This document shows, in pieces, positions 46,652-59,353 of a stretch of 64,000 nucleotides of DNA. The position numbers and the translations under genes are program-made. The DNA is from Nannocystales bacterium. Its GTDB lineage: Bacteria; Myxococcota_A; Polyangia; Nannocystales; Nannocystaceae. The stretch covers positions 64,001 through 128,000 of the forward strand of contig JBOEGF010000019.1 of the NCBI GenBank assembly GCA_050633305.1, read 5' to 3'. Within the stretch, counting starts at the first letter, position 1. Each line of letters opens with the position of its first letter. The notes beneath the pieces were generated by a model. It was not told the origin of the DNA and did not search any database. It worked only from the letters and a program-made list of their open reading frames with translations.

Positions 46652-48751
46652 ATGGTCGACCTCGCCAACACCCGCAACATTGGGATTTCCGCCCACATTG
46701 ACTCCGGAAAAACGACGCTCACCGAGCGCATCCTTTTCTACACGGGTCGCATCCACAAAATCGAGGAAGTCCGTGGCAAGTCCGGCGTCGGCGCTGTCAT
46801 GGACAACATGGAGCTGGAGCGTGAGCGCGGCATCACCATTCAGTCCGCTGCCACCTTCGTGACGTGGGGTCAGACCCACATCAACATCATCGACACTCCC
46901 GGACACGTCGACTTCACCGTCGAGGTGGAGCGCGCGTTGTCGGTGCTCGACGGCGCCATTCTCGTTCTCTGTGGGTCCTCCGGTGTGCAGTCACAGTCGA
47001 TCACGGTCGACCGTCAGATGCGTCGCTACAACGTCCCCCGCGTCGCGTTCATCAACAAGATGGACCGCACCGGTGCCGACGCGTACCGCGTGACGAGCCA
47101 GCTTCGCGAGAAGCTCAAGCACAACGCCGCGATGGTGACGATCCCGATCGGTGCCGAAGACGACTTCGACGGCATCATCGACCTTCGTATCCGCAAAGCC
47201 TTCTTCTTCGACGGCGACAACGGCGAGAACCTCCGCGAAGAGGAGGTCCCCGAGGACATGAAGGAGAAGACCGAGGAGATGCGCAACAAGCTCGTCGAGA
47301 CGGTTGCCGACTTCGACGACGCCATCATGGAGAAGTTCCTCGAGGGCGAGGAAGTCTCGGCCGAAGAGCTGAACCCGGTCATTCGCAAGGCCACGCTCTC
47401 CCTCGACCTCACGCCGGTGTTCTGTGGCTCCGCCTACAAGAACAAGGGCGTCCAGGTCTTGCTCGACGGCGTCGTCTCGTACTTGCCCAACCCCACCGAG
47501 GTGGAGAACAAGGCATTCGAGATCGCCGGCGACGGCAAAGAGACCGAAGTGGTCCTCGCTACCGACGACGAGAAGCCCATGTGCTCGCTCGCGTTCAAGC
47601 TCGAGGACGGCCGCTACGGACAGCTCACCTATGTCCGCATCTACCAGGGCAAGGTCACCAAGGGCATGTCCATCTACAACACGCGAACCGGCCAGAAGGT
47701 GAAGCTGGGTCGCATCGTCCGGATGCACTCCGACAAGATGGAGGACATCGAGGAAGCCGGCTCCGGCGACATCATCTCCATGTTCGGTGTCGACTGCGCG
47801 GCGGGTGACACGTTCACCGACGGGCAGGTCAAGTACTCGCTGCGTTCGATGTACGTGCCCGCGCCCGTCATCGAGTACTCGCTCGAGCCCAAGGACAAGA
47901 CGAACCTTTCGAACTTCTCCAAGGCGCTCAACCGCTTCTCGAAAGAGGACCCCACCTTCTCGGTGCGTCGCGACGAAGAGTCCGGCGAGACCCTGATCGC
48001 GGGCATGGGCGAGCTTCACCTCGAGGTCTACATCGAGCGGATGAAGCGCGAGTACAAGGTCGAGACCATCGTCGGTGAGCCGCAGGTTCGGTACCGCGAG
48101 ACCATCCAGAACGAGATCCCGTTCGCGTACACCCACAAGAAGCAGACCGGTGGCTCCGGTCAGTTCGCGAAGATCGGCGGCACCATGCGTCCGCTGACCG
48201 AGCCCGAGTCCGAGGATGAGATCTACCGATTCGTCGACAAGATCGTCGGCGGCATCATCCCTCGCGAGTACATCCCCTCCTGTGACAACGGGTTCCAGCA
48301 GGCGATGGCTCGCGGTGTGGTCATCGGTTTCCCGGTCGTGAACGTGGAGATGGAGCTTTCCGACGGTGGCTTCCACGCGGTGGACTCCAGCGACATGGCG
48401 TTCCAGATCTGCGCCCGAAACGCCTTCAAAGAGGCCATGCGTGCCGCCAAGCCGGTCGTGCTCGAGCCCGTCATGAAGGTTGTCGTCGAGACGCCCGAGG
48501 AGTTCCAGGGCGCGGTTCAGACCATGCTCATCCGTCGCCGTGGACTCATCAACGGGTCCGAGACGGCCTACGGCACCACCGCCGTCGACTCGAACGTCCC
48601 GCTTTCCGAGATGTTCGCCTTCTCGAACGAGCTTCGTTCCGGAACGCAGGGCAAAGCCGAGTTCACGATGGAGTTCGCGAAGTACGACCCCGTCCCGCAG
48701 AGCGTCCAGCAAGAGCTGGCTGAGAAGTACAAGGATCGCCAGAAGGGCTGA
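46652..48751 (+). CDS. fusA: Elongation factor G, stand-alone, spdEFG1/mtEFG1-like subtype
   Basis: [59 protein letters not shown] and VDSS. Confidence 0.97.
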   Translation: MVDLANTRNIGISAHIDSGKTTLTERILFYTGRIHKIEEVRGKSGVGAVMDNMELERERGITIQSAATFVTWGQTHINIIDTPGHVDFTVEVERALSVLDGAILVLCGSSGVQSQSITVDRQMRRYNVPRVAFINKMDRTGADAYRVTSQLREKLKHNAAMVTIPIGAEDDFDGIIDLRIRKAFFFDGDNGENLREEEVPEDMKEKTEEMRNKLVETVADFDDAIMEKFLEGEEVSAEELNPVIRKATLSLDLTPVFCGSAYKNKGVQVLLDGVVSYLPNPTEVENKAFEIAGDGKETEVVLATDDEKPMCSLAFKLEDGRYGQLTYVRIYQGKVTKGMSIYNTRTGQKVKLGRIVRMHSDKMEDIEEAGSGDIISMFGVDCAAGDTFTDGQVKYSLRSMYVPAPVIEYSLEPKDKTNLSNFSKALNRFSKEDPTFSVRRDEESGETLIAGMGELHLEVYIERMKREYKVETIVGEPQVRYRETIQNEIPFAYTHKKQTGGSGQFAKIGGTMRPLTEPESEDEIYRFVDKIVGGIIPREYIPSCDNGFQQAMARGVVIGFPVVNVEMELSDGGFHAVDSSDMAFQICARNAFKEAMRAAKPVVLEPVMKVVVETPEEFQGAVQTMLIRRRGLINGSETAYGTTAVDSNVPLSEMFAFSNELRSGTQGKAEFTMEFAKYDPVPQSVQQELAEKYKDRQKG

Positions 48752-48778
48752 TCAACGCCGAGTCTCGAGAGACTCTCG

Positions 48779-48812
48779 AAGGCCGCGCTTGGGTTTCCCG
48801 GCGCGGCTTTCT
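48779..48812 (+). terminator. Probable intrinsic terminator after fusA
   Basis: aaggccgcgc...gcgcggcttt stem followed by a short T-rich tract. Confidence 0.6.
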
Positions 48813-48878
48813 CGTTGGTTTGGCCTCGAACGCAGGCCTTGCGGGCACCAGCCTAACTCTGGCCCGCACAGACCGGGC

Positions 48879-49382
48879 ATGGCGATACCCAAGACGCGTG
48901 AGGAGCTCGACTCGGCCATGGAGACGGCGTTCGGAAAGCTCAGTCTCGACCTGGACCGACTCTCGGCCAGTCAATCTCGCGAGGTCTGCATCGACGACTG
49001 GACGGTGGTCGACGTGCTGACGGTCCGTACGTGGTGGGGCCATGCGGTCGTGGAGTGGATCGAGGCGGGGCAGCGCGGTGAGATCCCACAGACGCCCGCG
49101 CCCGGATTTGCGTGGAAGGACACGCCTCGGCTCAACGCGGGGATCATCGCCGACGCCCCCAAGCGCCGATCGTGGAAACGCGTTCGGGCCGACTTCGCGG
49201 CCAGCCGCGAGGCGGTTCTCGCCGCGCTCGAGCAGCTCAGTGACACCGAACTCGAAGGGGAGGGCGAGTTCGAGTGGGCCGGTCGCTGGCCCGTCCTTCG
49301 GTGGGTGTCCGTCGCGACGACAACGGGCTACGCCTCGTCGCGAAAGTACGTCCGGGCCCTGCTGCGCCGGCTCGAGGGGTGA
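48879..49382 (+). CDS. ClbS/DfsB (DUF1706) family four-helix bundle protein
   Basis: MAIPKTREEL, W...VVEW, PAPGFAW, LSDTEL and WAGRW...RWVSVAT...Y. Confidence 0.78.
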   Translation: MAIPKTREELDSAMETAFGKLSLDLDRLSASQSREVCIDDWTVVDVLTVRTWWGHAVVEWIEAGQRGEIPQTPAPGFAWKDTPRLNAGIIADAPKRRSWKRVRADFAASREAVLAALEQLSDTELEGEGEFEWAGRWPVLRWVSVATTTGYASSRKYVRALLRRLEG

Positions 49383-49418
49383 CCGCGTAGCGAGGGTCCT
49401 GAAACGAGGTGTCGCGGT

Positions 49419-49901
49419 TCACTTGTTGGGGGGCAGGAGTTTGATCTCCTGGTTCAGGGGGGCGATTTTTCCGCCCGTCGATCGGAGTTCGACGCCGAGC
49501 ATCAGCTTGAGCTTGTTGGTCTCACGGTCCGCGTAGAGCTTCTGCAGGTTGGCGCTCTTGTCGTCGTCCATGAAGACCATGCCGCCGCATCCTTCCCAGT
49601 CCCCGCCGACGGAGCCGGGGAAGGGGTTGTCTTCGGCACTCCAGCTGCTTCCGTCGTCGGTCTCGGTCGCCAGGAGGTCGGACTTCTCGGCCCCATCGAC
49701 CGTGTAGACCGCTGTCAACGTCGAGGTGATCGCCGTGATCACCGGGCCCTTCGTTCCCGAGACCGTGATCTGGTATTTCACGCCCGTATCGGTGACGGGG
49801 ATGCTGTCCTCGAGTTTCTTGAACTCGATCTTCGCGTCGCTGACCGGGACGGGGTCACAGGCAGCGGAGAGGACAGTGGCGAAGAGAAGGGCACGGCGCA
49901 T
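49419..49901 (-). CDS. Hypothetical lipoprotein
   Basis: MRRALLFATVLSAAC lipobox in the 3' part of ORF 49419..50609. Confidence 0.7.
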   Translation of the reverse strand: MRRALLFATVLSAACDPVPVSDAKIEFKKLEDSIPVTDTGVKYQITVSGTKGPVITAITSTLTAVYTVDGAEKSDLLATETDDGSSWSAEDNPFPGSVGGDWEGCGGMVFMDDDKSANLQKLYADRETNKLKLMLGVELRSTGGKIAPLNQEIKLLPPNK

Positions 49902-49974
49902 GGCCCTGAGGGTATCAAGCTGCCCGCATCGACGGTGTTGGTCGTGGACGCGGATCCTCGGGTAGCCTCGGGAC

Positions 49975-51798
49975 GTGGTTGGCAAACGAGGGTGGTGGGC
50001 GATGGCTGTGGTCCTTGGTGCCTGCGGGGGCGCCAGCCCGGCAGCGCCCAGCAGCGGCACGACGTCCGGGACGAGCGGAAGCGGGAGCGCGGGGACCCGC
50101 TCGAGCGTCGCGAGCACCACCGCGGCGCTGACCTCGACGACGGTCACGACCGGGAGCTCGACGGGAGGCAGCGTCGTGGACTTGGGGAGCGTCGAAGTGT
50201 GCTCGGAGGTCACCATGGATGCGCCCACCGGGGGGAGCTGGTCGGTGCAAGGGCTGCTCGGTTTTGACGAGCCCCGGCCCGCCGATGGGGCGTGGGTGTA
50301 CCGGGCACCGGCGGTCGTGGTGGATACCCCGGTCACGCTGACACACAGCAGCGGGTGGACGGCCGCACTGACGGTGACCGGGGCCGCCGCGCCTCCCGGG
50401 TTGGCGGATGGGATGGTGCCTGGGTGCGGCCCATTCCCATTTGGCGTCGCATCGGGCGACCCTGGGCCACAGAGTGTGTGGCTGTGGACACGGGTCGACT
50501 CGGAGCAGGCGGAGACGGTGGGTTGGGAGGTCTCGACCGATCCGGCCTTCGCCGACGTCGTGGATTCGGGGACGGTTGAGCCCAATGCCGAGCGCGACTT
50601 CACCGTCAACGTTCATGTCGAAGGGCTGCTGCCGGCCACGACCTACTACTACCGATTCTCGAACGGTATGCCCTCTGTGGGCACATCGTCGACGACGGGG
50701 CGTACGCGAACCGCTCCCGCTGGCAGCGCGGACCGACTTCGATTCGCGGTGACAAGCTGCACCAGTATCTTCTCGGGCTACTTCAACGGCTACCGTGCGA
50801 TCGCTCGACGTCTGGATCTCGATGGGCTGATCCACGTCGGCGACTACACGTATGACTTTCCGGACGAGGACGAACTCGTACGGATTCCCGATCCTCTGCC
50901 CGACGATCCCGACACGCTGGACGGTTGGCGAAGACTGCACGCTTATCACCTTGGAGACCCGGACCTGAGGGCGGCGCGGGCGGCCCATCCATGGGTGATG
51001 CTTTGGGACAACCACGACGTGAACAGCGGAGCTCCGGTGGCCGGGGGCGGAGTGCAGGCGTTCCGCGAATGGAACCCCGTCTCTGGGCCGCAGGGAGCAC
51101 GTGGATCCGATGTCGTGTATCGCCGCCTTCCGTTCGGTGACTTGCTCGATGTGGTCGTGCTCGACGTCCTGTTGTTCCGAGACGACGCGGATGACCCCGA
51201 TTCGCCGGACAAGACGATTCTTGGGGACGCCCAGGAAGCGTGGTTCCACGAGACGCTCGCCGACTCCGCTGCGACCTGGAAGCTGGTCGGAAACCAGAAG
51301 CCCGTGGCGGTCATCGACGGGTTGCTCGTCGTGCTCGGCGGGAGCACGTGGAACGGGTTTCCCGATGCTCGCGCTCGAATGTTCGACCGGATCGCCTCCG
51401 ATGAGGTCGACAACGCCCTGTTTCTCAGCGGCGACGCTCACATCACTGCTGTGACCGATCTGGTCACGTCCCCGGGCGACCCCAAAGCCTACGATCCGCG
51501 CACGGGTGAAGGGGCGGTCGCAGTGGAGTTCCAACCGGCGAGTATGAGTCGTGGCAACGTGGATGAGTTCTTCCCTGCGCAGCCTGGTCTGCCCGCAGCG
51601 ATCGAGAAGGACTCGGCGACGAACAACCCGCACTACCGGTTCCTCGATACGACCCGGCATGGCTACGGGGTTCTCGACATCGATGCCGAGAGGATTCAGG
51701 CCGAGGTTTGGTACTTGGACATTCTCGAGCGCACCGATGTGGAGGAGCTTGGCGCGACGCTCGAGGTGCGGGCGGGCGAGAACCACTGGGAACGGTGA
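49975..51798 (+). CDS. phoD: Alkaline phosphatase D family lipoprotein
   Basis: FPFGVASGDP, VWLWTR, FAVTSC, HVGDYTY, WDNHD, LSGDAH and HGY. Confidence 0.9.
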   Translation: MVGKRGWWAMAVVLGACGGASPAAPSSGTTSGTSGSGSAGTRSSVASTTAALTSTTVTTGSSTGGSVVDLGSVEVCSEVTMDAPTGGSWSVQGLLGFDEPRPADGAWVYRAPAVVVDTPVTLTHSSGWTAALTVTGAAAPPGLADGMVPGCGPFPFGVASGDPGPQSVWLWTRVDSEQAETVGWEVSTDPAFADVVDSGTVEPNAERDFTVNVHVEGLLPATTYYYRFSNGMPSVGTSSTTGRTRTAPAGSADRLRFAVTSCTSIFSGYFNGYRAIARRLDLDGLIHVGDYTYDFPDEDELVRIPDPLPDDPDTLDGWRRLHAYHLGDPDLRAARAAHPWVMLWDNHDVNSGAPVAGGGVQAFREWNPVSGPQGARGSDVVYRRLPFGDLLDVVVLDVLLFRDDADDPDSPDKTILGDAQEAWFHETLADSAATWKLVGNQKPVAVIDGLLVVLGGSTWNGFPDARARMFDRIASDEVDNALFLSGDAHITAVTDLVTSPGDPKAYDPRTGEGAVAVEFQPASMSRGNVDEFFPAQPGLPAAIEKDSATNNPHYRFLDTTRHGYGVLDIDAERIQAEVWYLDILERTDVEELGATLEVRAGENHWER

Positions 51799-51887
51799 GT
51801 TGAGCCTCACATTTCGAGTTGAGCAAGCGTTGCCCGAGTTGGGCAACACCCGAAACGCCAAGGGCCCGTGACGTCAAGGCGTGGGTG

Positions 51888-51904
51888 TTGGCACGGTCCT
51901 CGCT
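51888..51904 (+). promoter_or_regulatory. Probable sigma54 -24/-12 promoter
   Basis: TTGGCACGGTCCTCGCT versus the consensus TGGCACG-N4-TTGCW. Confidence 0.5.
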
Positions 51905-51916
51905 AACTCCGGGGTC

Positions 51917-53851
51917 ATGAGCGAAACGCCAGCCCGACCAGACTCTGTGCCCGCCGACGCGTGGTGGGAGCCCAGCGACAACGAGTGGGTGCTCGGCCCG
52001 AAGGATGACGACGGCCAACTCCACGGCGAAGTGGCGTACTGGCGTCCGGACGGCACCCTGTGCTGCCGGTGCAACTACGAGGGTGGTCAGGCGCACGGAC
52101 AGAGCAAGAGGTTCCACGAGAGCGGTGAGGTGTCGCAGACATGCTCCTTCGTTCGCGGGACGCTTCATGGGAGGCGGACCTGGTTCTCGATCGAGGGGCC
52201 GACGACGGAGAACACGCGACCCTCGGGGGTGCCCGAGCACGTGATGCGCTCGGAAATGGACTACGAAATGGGGGACGTAACGGCGGTTCGCCACTTCGAT
52301 GCCGCCGGCCGCCGCCTTTGCGCCGACGGGACTCCGTTTCCCGACCGCCCCAGCTCGCTTCCCGAGAGCGCGTGGTGGGACGAGCGAGAGGACCGATGGA
52401 AGGACGGGCGCGCGAACGGGGACGCCGAGAAGATCGGAGCTTGGAAACACTGGGACCGCGAAGGTCTATTGTTGCTGCGGTGTGTCTACGAAGCGGACGC
52501 GCTCCATGGAGCGGCGTGGGAGCGGGTCGAGCCGGAGACCCTGCGGCTCCCCAACATCGTCGCGGCGCGCGGCGACTATCACGAAGCCGTTCGGGTTGGA
52601 CCCTGGGAGTTCCTCAACGCCGCCGAGCAGGTGGCGGGGGTGTTCGACTACGGTGCGCCTGTCGGAGCAGAGGAAGAGCTGGTCTTCCTCGACAACGCGA
52701 CGCGGCCCGCGGAAGCATGGCTCGACCTCGCGGGCAGGTACGGGGCGCAGCGGAGCCTGGGGCTGTGGCTTGCGACCCTGGGTCGTGCTGCGGGCGTGGC
52801 TCATGACGTGACGCAGCTGCGGGCAGCGCTCGCGGCACGGCCCAGCCCATGGAACTCGGAGACTGCCATGGGGCGAGCCGAGGAGGGCGACTCGGTCGGG
52901 GATGTTCTCGATGCGCTTGCAGCAGGCGCGGACGTTGCGGCGTGTCTACGGGGACTGGCGATTCAGCTCGACCAGCATGAGCGTTCTCAGGCGGCACTCG
53001 AGTTCATCGATGCGGCCATGATGCTGGCCCCCGACCGTGCCGACTACGCGTTCACACGGGCCTTGGTGAACATGAGCCTCGGACACGCGGATGCCGCTCG
53101 TTCCGACGCCGCGCGCATCCCGGACGAAGGACAGCGCGGATTCATGCAGCTGTACGCCAAGGTGTTGTTCCCCGTGTTCGACTTCTGGCCGAATCACGAA
53201 GACCCGCAGACGCACTACGACGGTCTCCCGGATGCGCCCAGTCGACCTCTTCCGGAGGTCCTGGGTCTGCTGGAGAAGTACGCGACCCGGGTTGACCAGA
53301 TCCGTACCGCGATGCTCGAGCACGAGGGGGTGACGGAGGAGACCCCGTGGCTGCTCCCCGATGTCTCGGTGTTGTTGCCCTGCGGCCCGGTCTCGCTTGG
53401 GACCGATAGGTTGGAGACGCCCGACCCCGACGACCCGGACGAGCCATTTGTCATCGAGATCGACGAGACGCTCGAGCTTGGCGATGCGATCCCGGACCTG
53501 CTCCGGTCGGCGCGCGCCGAGTGGCATTCGCTGTGTTGGTTGCTGTGGAGCTCTGGCCTCGACCGAGTGGGGCGTCCGACTCGGATGATGCCCCCGAAGA
53601 AGTTCGGGCAGGCCGCCGGGATGGCACCCGCACGTTTGTGGCGCTGCCGCGACCGGGTGCACATGCGAGGCATGGGCGCTCAAACGCAGGGCGTTCCGGG
53701 TTTCGAGTGGAACGGTGTCGACATCGATAGCCTTCCGGGCTCGCTCACGAATATGGCGATGTTCGAGTACCAAGAGATGCAGGCGCTCATGTACTGGCTC
53801 ACGGACCCCGAGGTTCGCTCGCCGTGGCAGGACAACCTGCGCGGGTCCTAG
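51917..53851 (+). CDS. MORN-variant/YwqK-like repeat protein with TPR-like segment and novel C-terminal domain
   Basis: GQLHGEVAYWRPDG, GQAHGQSKRFHESG, GTLHG and IGAWKHWDREG; TPR-like ALEFIDAAMMLAPDRADYAFTRA. Confidence 0.72.
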   Translation: MSETPARPDSVPADAWWEPSDNEWVLGPKDDDGQLHGEVAYWRPDGTLCCRCNYEGGQAHGQSKRFHESGEVSQTCSFVRGTLHGRRTWFSIEGPTTENTRPSGVPEHVMRSEMDYEMGDVTAVRHFDAAGRRLCADGTPFPDRPSSLPESAWWDEREDRWKDGRANGDAEKIGAWKHWDREGLLLLRCVYEADALHGAAWERVEPETLRLPNIVAARGDYHEAVRVGPWEFLNAAEQVAGVFDYGAPVGAEEELVFLDNATRPAEAWLDLAGRYGAQRSLGLWLATLGRAAGVAHDVTQLRAALAARPSPWNSETAMGRAEEGDSVGDVLDALAAGADVAACLRGLAIQLDQHERSQAALEFIDAAMMLAPDRADYAFTRALVNMSLGHADAARSDAARIPDEGQRGFMQLYAKVLFPVFDFWPNHEDPQTHYDGLPDAPSRPLPEVLGLLEKYATRVDQIRTAMLEHEGVTEETPWLLPDVSVLLPCGPVSLGTDRLETPDPDDPDEPFVIEIDETLELGDAIPDLLRSARAEWHSLCWLLWSSGLDRVGRPTRMMPPKKFGQAAGMAPARLWRCRDRVHMRGMGAQTQGVPGFEWNGVDIDSLPGSLTNMAMFEYQEMQALMYWLTDPEVRSPWQDNLRGS

Positions 53852-53943
53852 GACCCACCGGTGGTATCGGCTCCGGTGCGGTCGTTGGACTTCGGTGTTC
53901 GTGGCCGCGCAACCTCGGCTACGCAGCTACGTCTACCTTGTGA

Positions 53944-54369
53944 GTGTCCATTCAGCGTACGACTCTGAACTCTCTATGCATCGCGCTGTCTCTCGCCCTA
54001 GGGGGCGGGTGCGATCAGACCGACTCTGCCGCCGCGGGTGACAAGGCGGCGGCCAAGTCTGACGACAATGCCGAGGCGGTGGCGAAGGTTCTTGGGACCT
54101 GGATCGCCACCGACGATTCGGGGAACGAGCTCGAATTCACCAAGGACCGTCTGACGAGGACCTATCCCAAGTCCGGCGCGAAGCCCCTGGTCAGCGTCTA
54201 CAAGGTTGAGAAGCACGAGGGGAAGACCATCGAGATCTCGGTTCAGCTGGAGCTCAGCGGGGGGAAACTGATGCAAGCCGACAACCAAGTCATCACGTTG
54301 TCCGACGACGGTACGCTGGCGATCAAGAACGCCGCCAACGGGTCAGGCGGCACGTTCAAGAAGAAGTAG
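53944..54369 (+). CDS. Hypothetical lipoprotein (lipocalin-like beta barrel)
   Basis: GGGC lipobox, VLGTW motif, beta-strand pattern. Confidence 0.62.
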   Translation: MSIQRTTLNSLCIALSLALGGGCDQTDSAAAGDKAAAKSDDNAEAVAKVLGTWIATDDSGNELEFTKDRLTRTYPKSGAKPLVSVYKVEKHEGKTIEISVQLELSGGKLMQADNQVITLSDDGTLAIKNAANGSGGTFKKK

Positions 54370-54397
54370 GCCGCGGGCTCGCGGAGGGTCGTTGGTG

Positions 54398-56641
54398 CTA
54401 CGCGTCGGTGCCCGTCTCGCGGGGCTTGTACGTGTAGTACCCGCTGCCGCCGCCGTAGTCGTACCGTTCTTGGCGGGCGTCGACCTCGTTGAGCACGACG
54501 CCGAGCATGTTGGCGTCGCTCTGCATCAGGCTGCTCATGGCCCGTTGAAGCTCTCCACGCCGGGTCTGTTCGCAGCGGCTCACCACGATCACCCCGTCGA
54601 CCTGACTTGCGAGGATGAGGGGGTCTGCCACGGGGAGGACGGGCGGGCTGTCGAGGATGACGACGTCGAAGCGCTCCTTGAGCCCGATGAGGAGCTGGTG
54701 CAGCGCATGGGACTCGAGCTTCTCGGCGGGGTCGTCGGGGATCTCTCCGCAGACCATGATCGATAGGCTCTCGGGTGCACCGTCGGGTTGGGTGATCACC
54801 GCGTCGTCGATCTCGGCCTCGCCTGCGAGCAGAGCCGAAAGACCCGTCCGCTTGGGATCGGTCTCGAAGACCTGATGCAGCCGTGGCCGTCGCATGTCCG
54901 CATCGATCACCAGCACCGACTTGCCCGCTTGGCAGAACGACAACGCGAGGTTCATCGCGGTGCTGCTCTTGCCCTCGGAAGAAGACGGAGAGGTGATCAT
55001 GATCGTGGATGCCGGTTCGCCGCCTTGGACGAAGGCCAACGACGTTCGGATACCCCGACAGCGCTCCGCCATGAGGGATTGAGGGAATTTGTGCGCGTAG
55101 AGGTCTCGCTGCTTTCGCTGCGCTCGTGCGTTGCCCGCCCCGAGCCTGGAGTCGGGAGGAAGCAGCGGGAGCTGCCCCAGCACGGGCACGCCGAACGGGG
55201 AGAGGGAGCGCTCCAAGTCGAGCAGGCCGCGTAGACGCGAGTCTCGGAAGTCGATCGACAGGGCCAGGACGCAGCCCAAGCCCATGCCCAGGACGCCGCC
55301 GAGCAAGACGATGAGCTCTTTGGGGGGGAAGACGGCTTCGGCCGAGACGGTGGCGCGGTCGAGAATCTCGATGCCCTCGTTCTCGACTCGGTTCGTCAGC
55401 TCGATCTCGGTGTCACGACGAGCGACCAGGAGGTACTCCTCGGATGCGACCGAGGCCTCCCGCTTGAGTTCGACGTATTCGCGTTCCAGGCTCGACAGCG
55501 CGAGCGCCTTTCTGCGGGCGGTTGCGAGGACGCCGGCTTGAAAGGACTCGTGCCGAGTCGCTGCCTCGACTTGCCGCTCGAGAGACGCAAGCAACGACTT
55601 CGTTTCGCGCGCGATCTTGCCGTTGATGAGGTCGAGGTTCTGTTTGGCCTTGCGGTGCTGTTCGTGCTTGGGGCCGTAGTCGACATCGACCTCATTGAAG
55701 AGGGTCTCTGCAGCGAGTTGCTGCTTGCGCATCTCCTCGAACACGTCTCGCTTGTCCTCGGGCAACAGGTACGCGGCCGCGAGCGGGTCCTTTTTGTAGA
55801 GGTCCTTCGCCTGCTTGAACTGTTGCGAGAGCCTGTCGCGCTCGCTCTGTGCCTCTTTGTGCTGGTCAGTGGCTTTGAGGAGCGCGGTCGAGATGTCGCT
55901 GTCACGCCCGTTGAGCTCGAGCGACGTGACACGGTTCTCGTTCTTGAACGCTTCGAGGAGCCGCTCTGCCTCTTGCATGCTGCCTCGGGCCTTGTCCCGC
56001 TCTTCAGACAGGTCCTCCTCGGCTTCGAGGCCGACTCTCTTACGCCCCTCGGTGGTGTGGTCGATGTAGGCTTCCGCGACCGCGTTGGCCATGTTGCGCG
56101 CGACGAGAGGGTCCGGGTACTCGGCGGTGATCAGCACGATGCGCGAACTGGGTACCTCGGTGATCGTGAGCATCTCGCGAAGGCGCTCCACCGGATCGAC
56201 CTCGGCGGCTTCGGCCTCCCGTTCGGCGGGGTCCTCGATCTTGTGCACGCCGAGGAACTGCGGGTCGGCGGCGAGGCCCAAGGACTCCAGCGCGGCAGCA
56301 GCGACCGTCCGGCTGCTCATGATCTGCCGCTGTGTTTGGTAGTACTCCTTGTAGCCGAGCAGCCGTGCTTGGGCGTCTTCGCCAACACCCTCGACCTTGT
56401 CGAGGACCTGCGGCCCCGACATGTGCAGGACGATGGAGGCGCTGGATTGCCAGCGAGGCTCGAGGAGGCGGAGCACGCCGATCGAGCCGGCAATGCACAC
56501 GACGGTGGTGACCGCGATGACCAACCACCTCCGGCGGAGGATCTGCATCAGCCGCGAGAGCTGGGCGAGAACATCGACCTGCCCGCCATCGTCGGTCGCG
56601 GATCCGGCGCCATTGGGCGCGTGGGGAGGAGCGGATTGCAT
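54398..56641 (-). CDS. wzc: Polysaccharide co-polymerase/BY-kinase (Wzc/GumC family)
   Basis: Wzz-like N-terminus with TM, coiled coil, second TM, ITSPSSSEGKS, IDADMRRP, LDSPPVL and C-terminal Tyr cluster YDYGGGSGYYTY. Confidence 0.93.
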   Translation of the reverse strand: MQSAPPHAPNGAGSATDDGGQVDVLAQLSRLMQILRRRWLVIAVTTVVCIAGSIGVLRLLEPRWQSSASIVLHMSGPQVLDKVEGVGEDAQARLLGYKEYYQTQRQIMSSRTVAAAALESLGLAADPQFLGVHKIEDPAEREAEAAEVDPVERLREMLTITEVPSSRIVLITAEYPDPLVARNMANAVAEAYIDHTTEGRKRVGLEAEEDLSEERDKARGSMQEAERLLEAFKNENRVTSLELNGRDSDISTALLKATDQHKEAQSERDRLSQQFKQAKDLYKKDPLAAAYLLPEDKRDVFEEMRKQQLAAETLFNEVDVDYGPKHEQHRKAKQNLDLINGKIARETKSLLASLERQVEAATRHESFQAGVLATARRKALALSSLEREYVELKREASVASEEYLLVARRDTEIELTNRVENEGIEILDRATVSAEAVFPPKELIVLLGGVLGMGLGCVLALSIDFRDSRLRGLLDLERSLSPFGVPVLGQLPLLPPDSRLGAGNARAQRKQRDLYAHKFPQSLMAERCRGIRTSLAFVQGGEPASTIMITSPSSSEGKSSTAMNLALSFCQAGKSVLVIDADMRRPRLHQVFETDPKRTGLSALLAGEAEIDDAVITQPDGAPESLSIMVCGEIPDDPAEKLESHALHQLLIGLKERFDVVILDSPPVLPVADPLILASQVDGVIVVSRCEQTRRGELQRAMSSLMQSDANMLGVVLNEVDARQERYDYGGGSGYYTYKPRETGTDA

Positions 56642-56808
56642 CGTCGGACTACGAGGGAAAGACTAGCGCGGACAGGTCGCAGAGACCGTCAGGGTGGGCA
56701 ATACGGGCCGCTGCTGAACGAACGTGCGGCACCTGGGACGGCGTCGACCGCCCGCATAGGTTCGTGCAGGTGCATCCACGAATCCGTGTTGCGCAAACCG
56801 CGGAACGA

Positions 56809-59349
<2,541 letters not shown>

Positions 59350-59353
59350 GTCA

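Noticed and set aside
46991..48712. 573-aa minus-strand ORF
   Set aside because: Antisense shadow of fusA.
49915..51861. 648-aa minus-strand ORF
   Set aside because: Antisense shadow of phoD.
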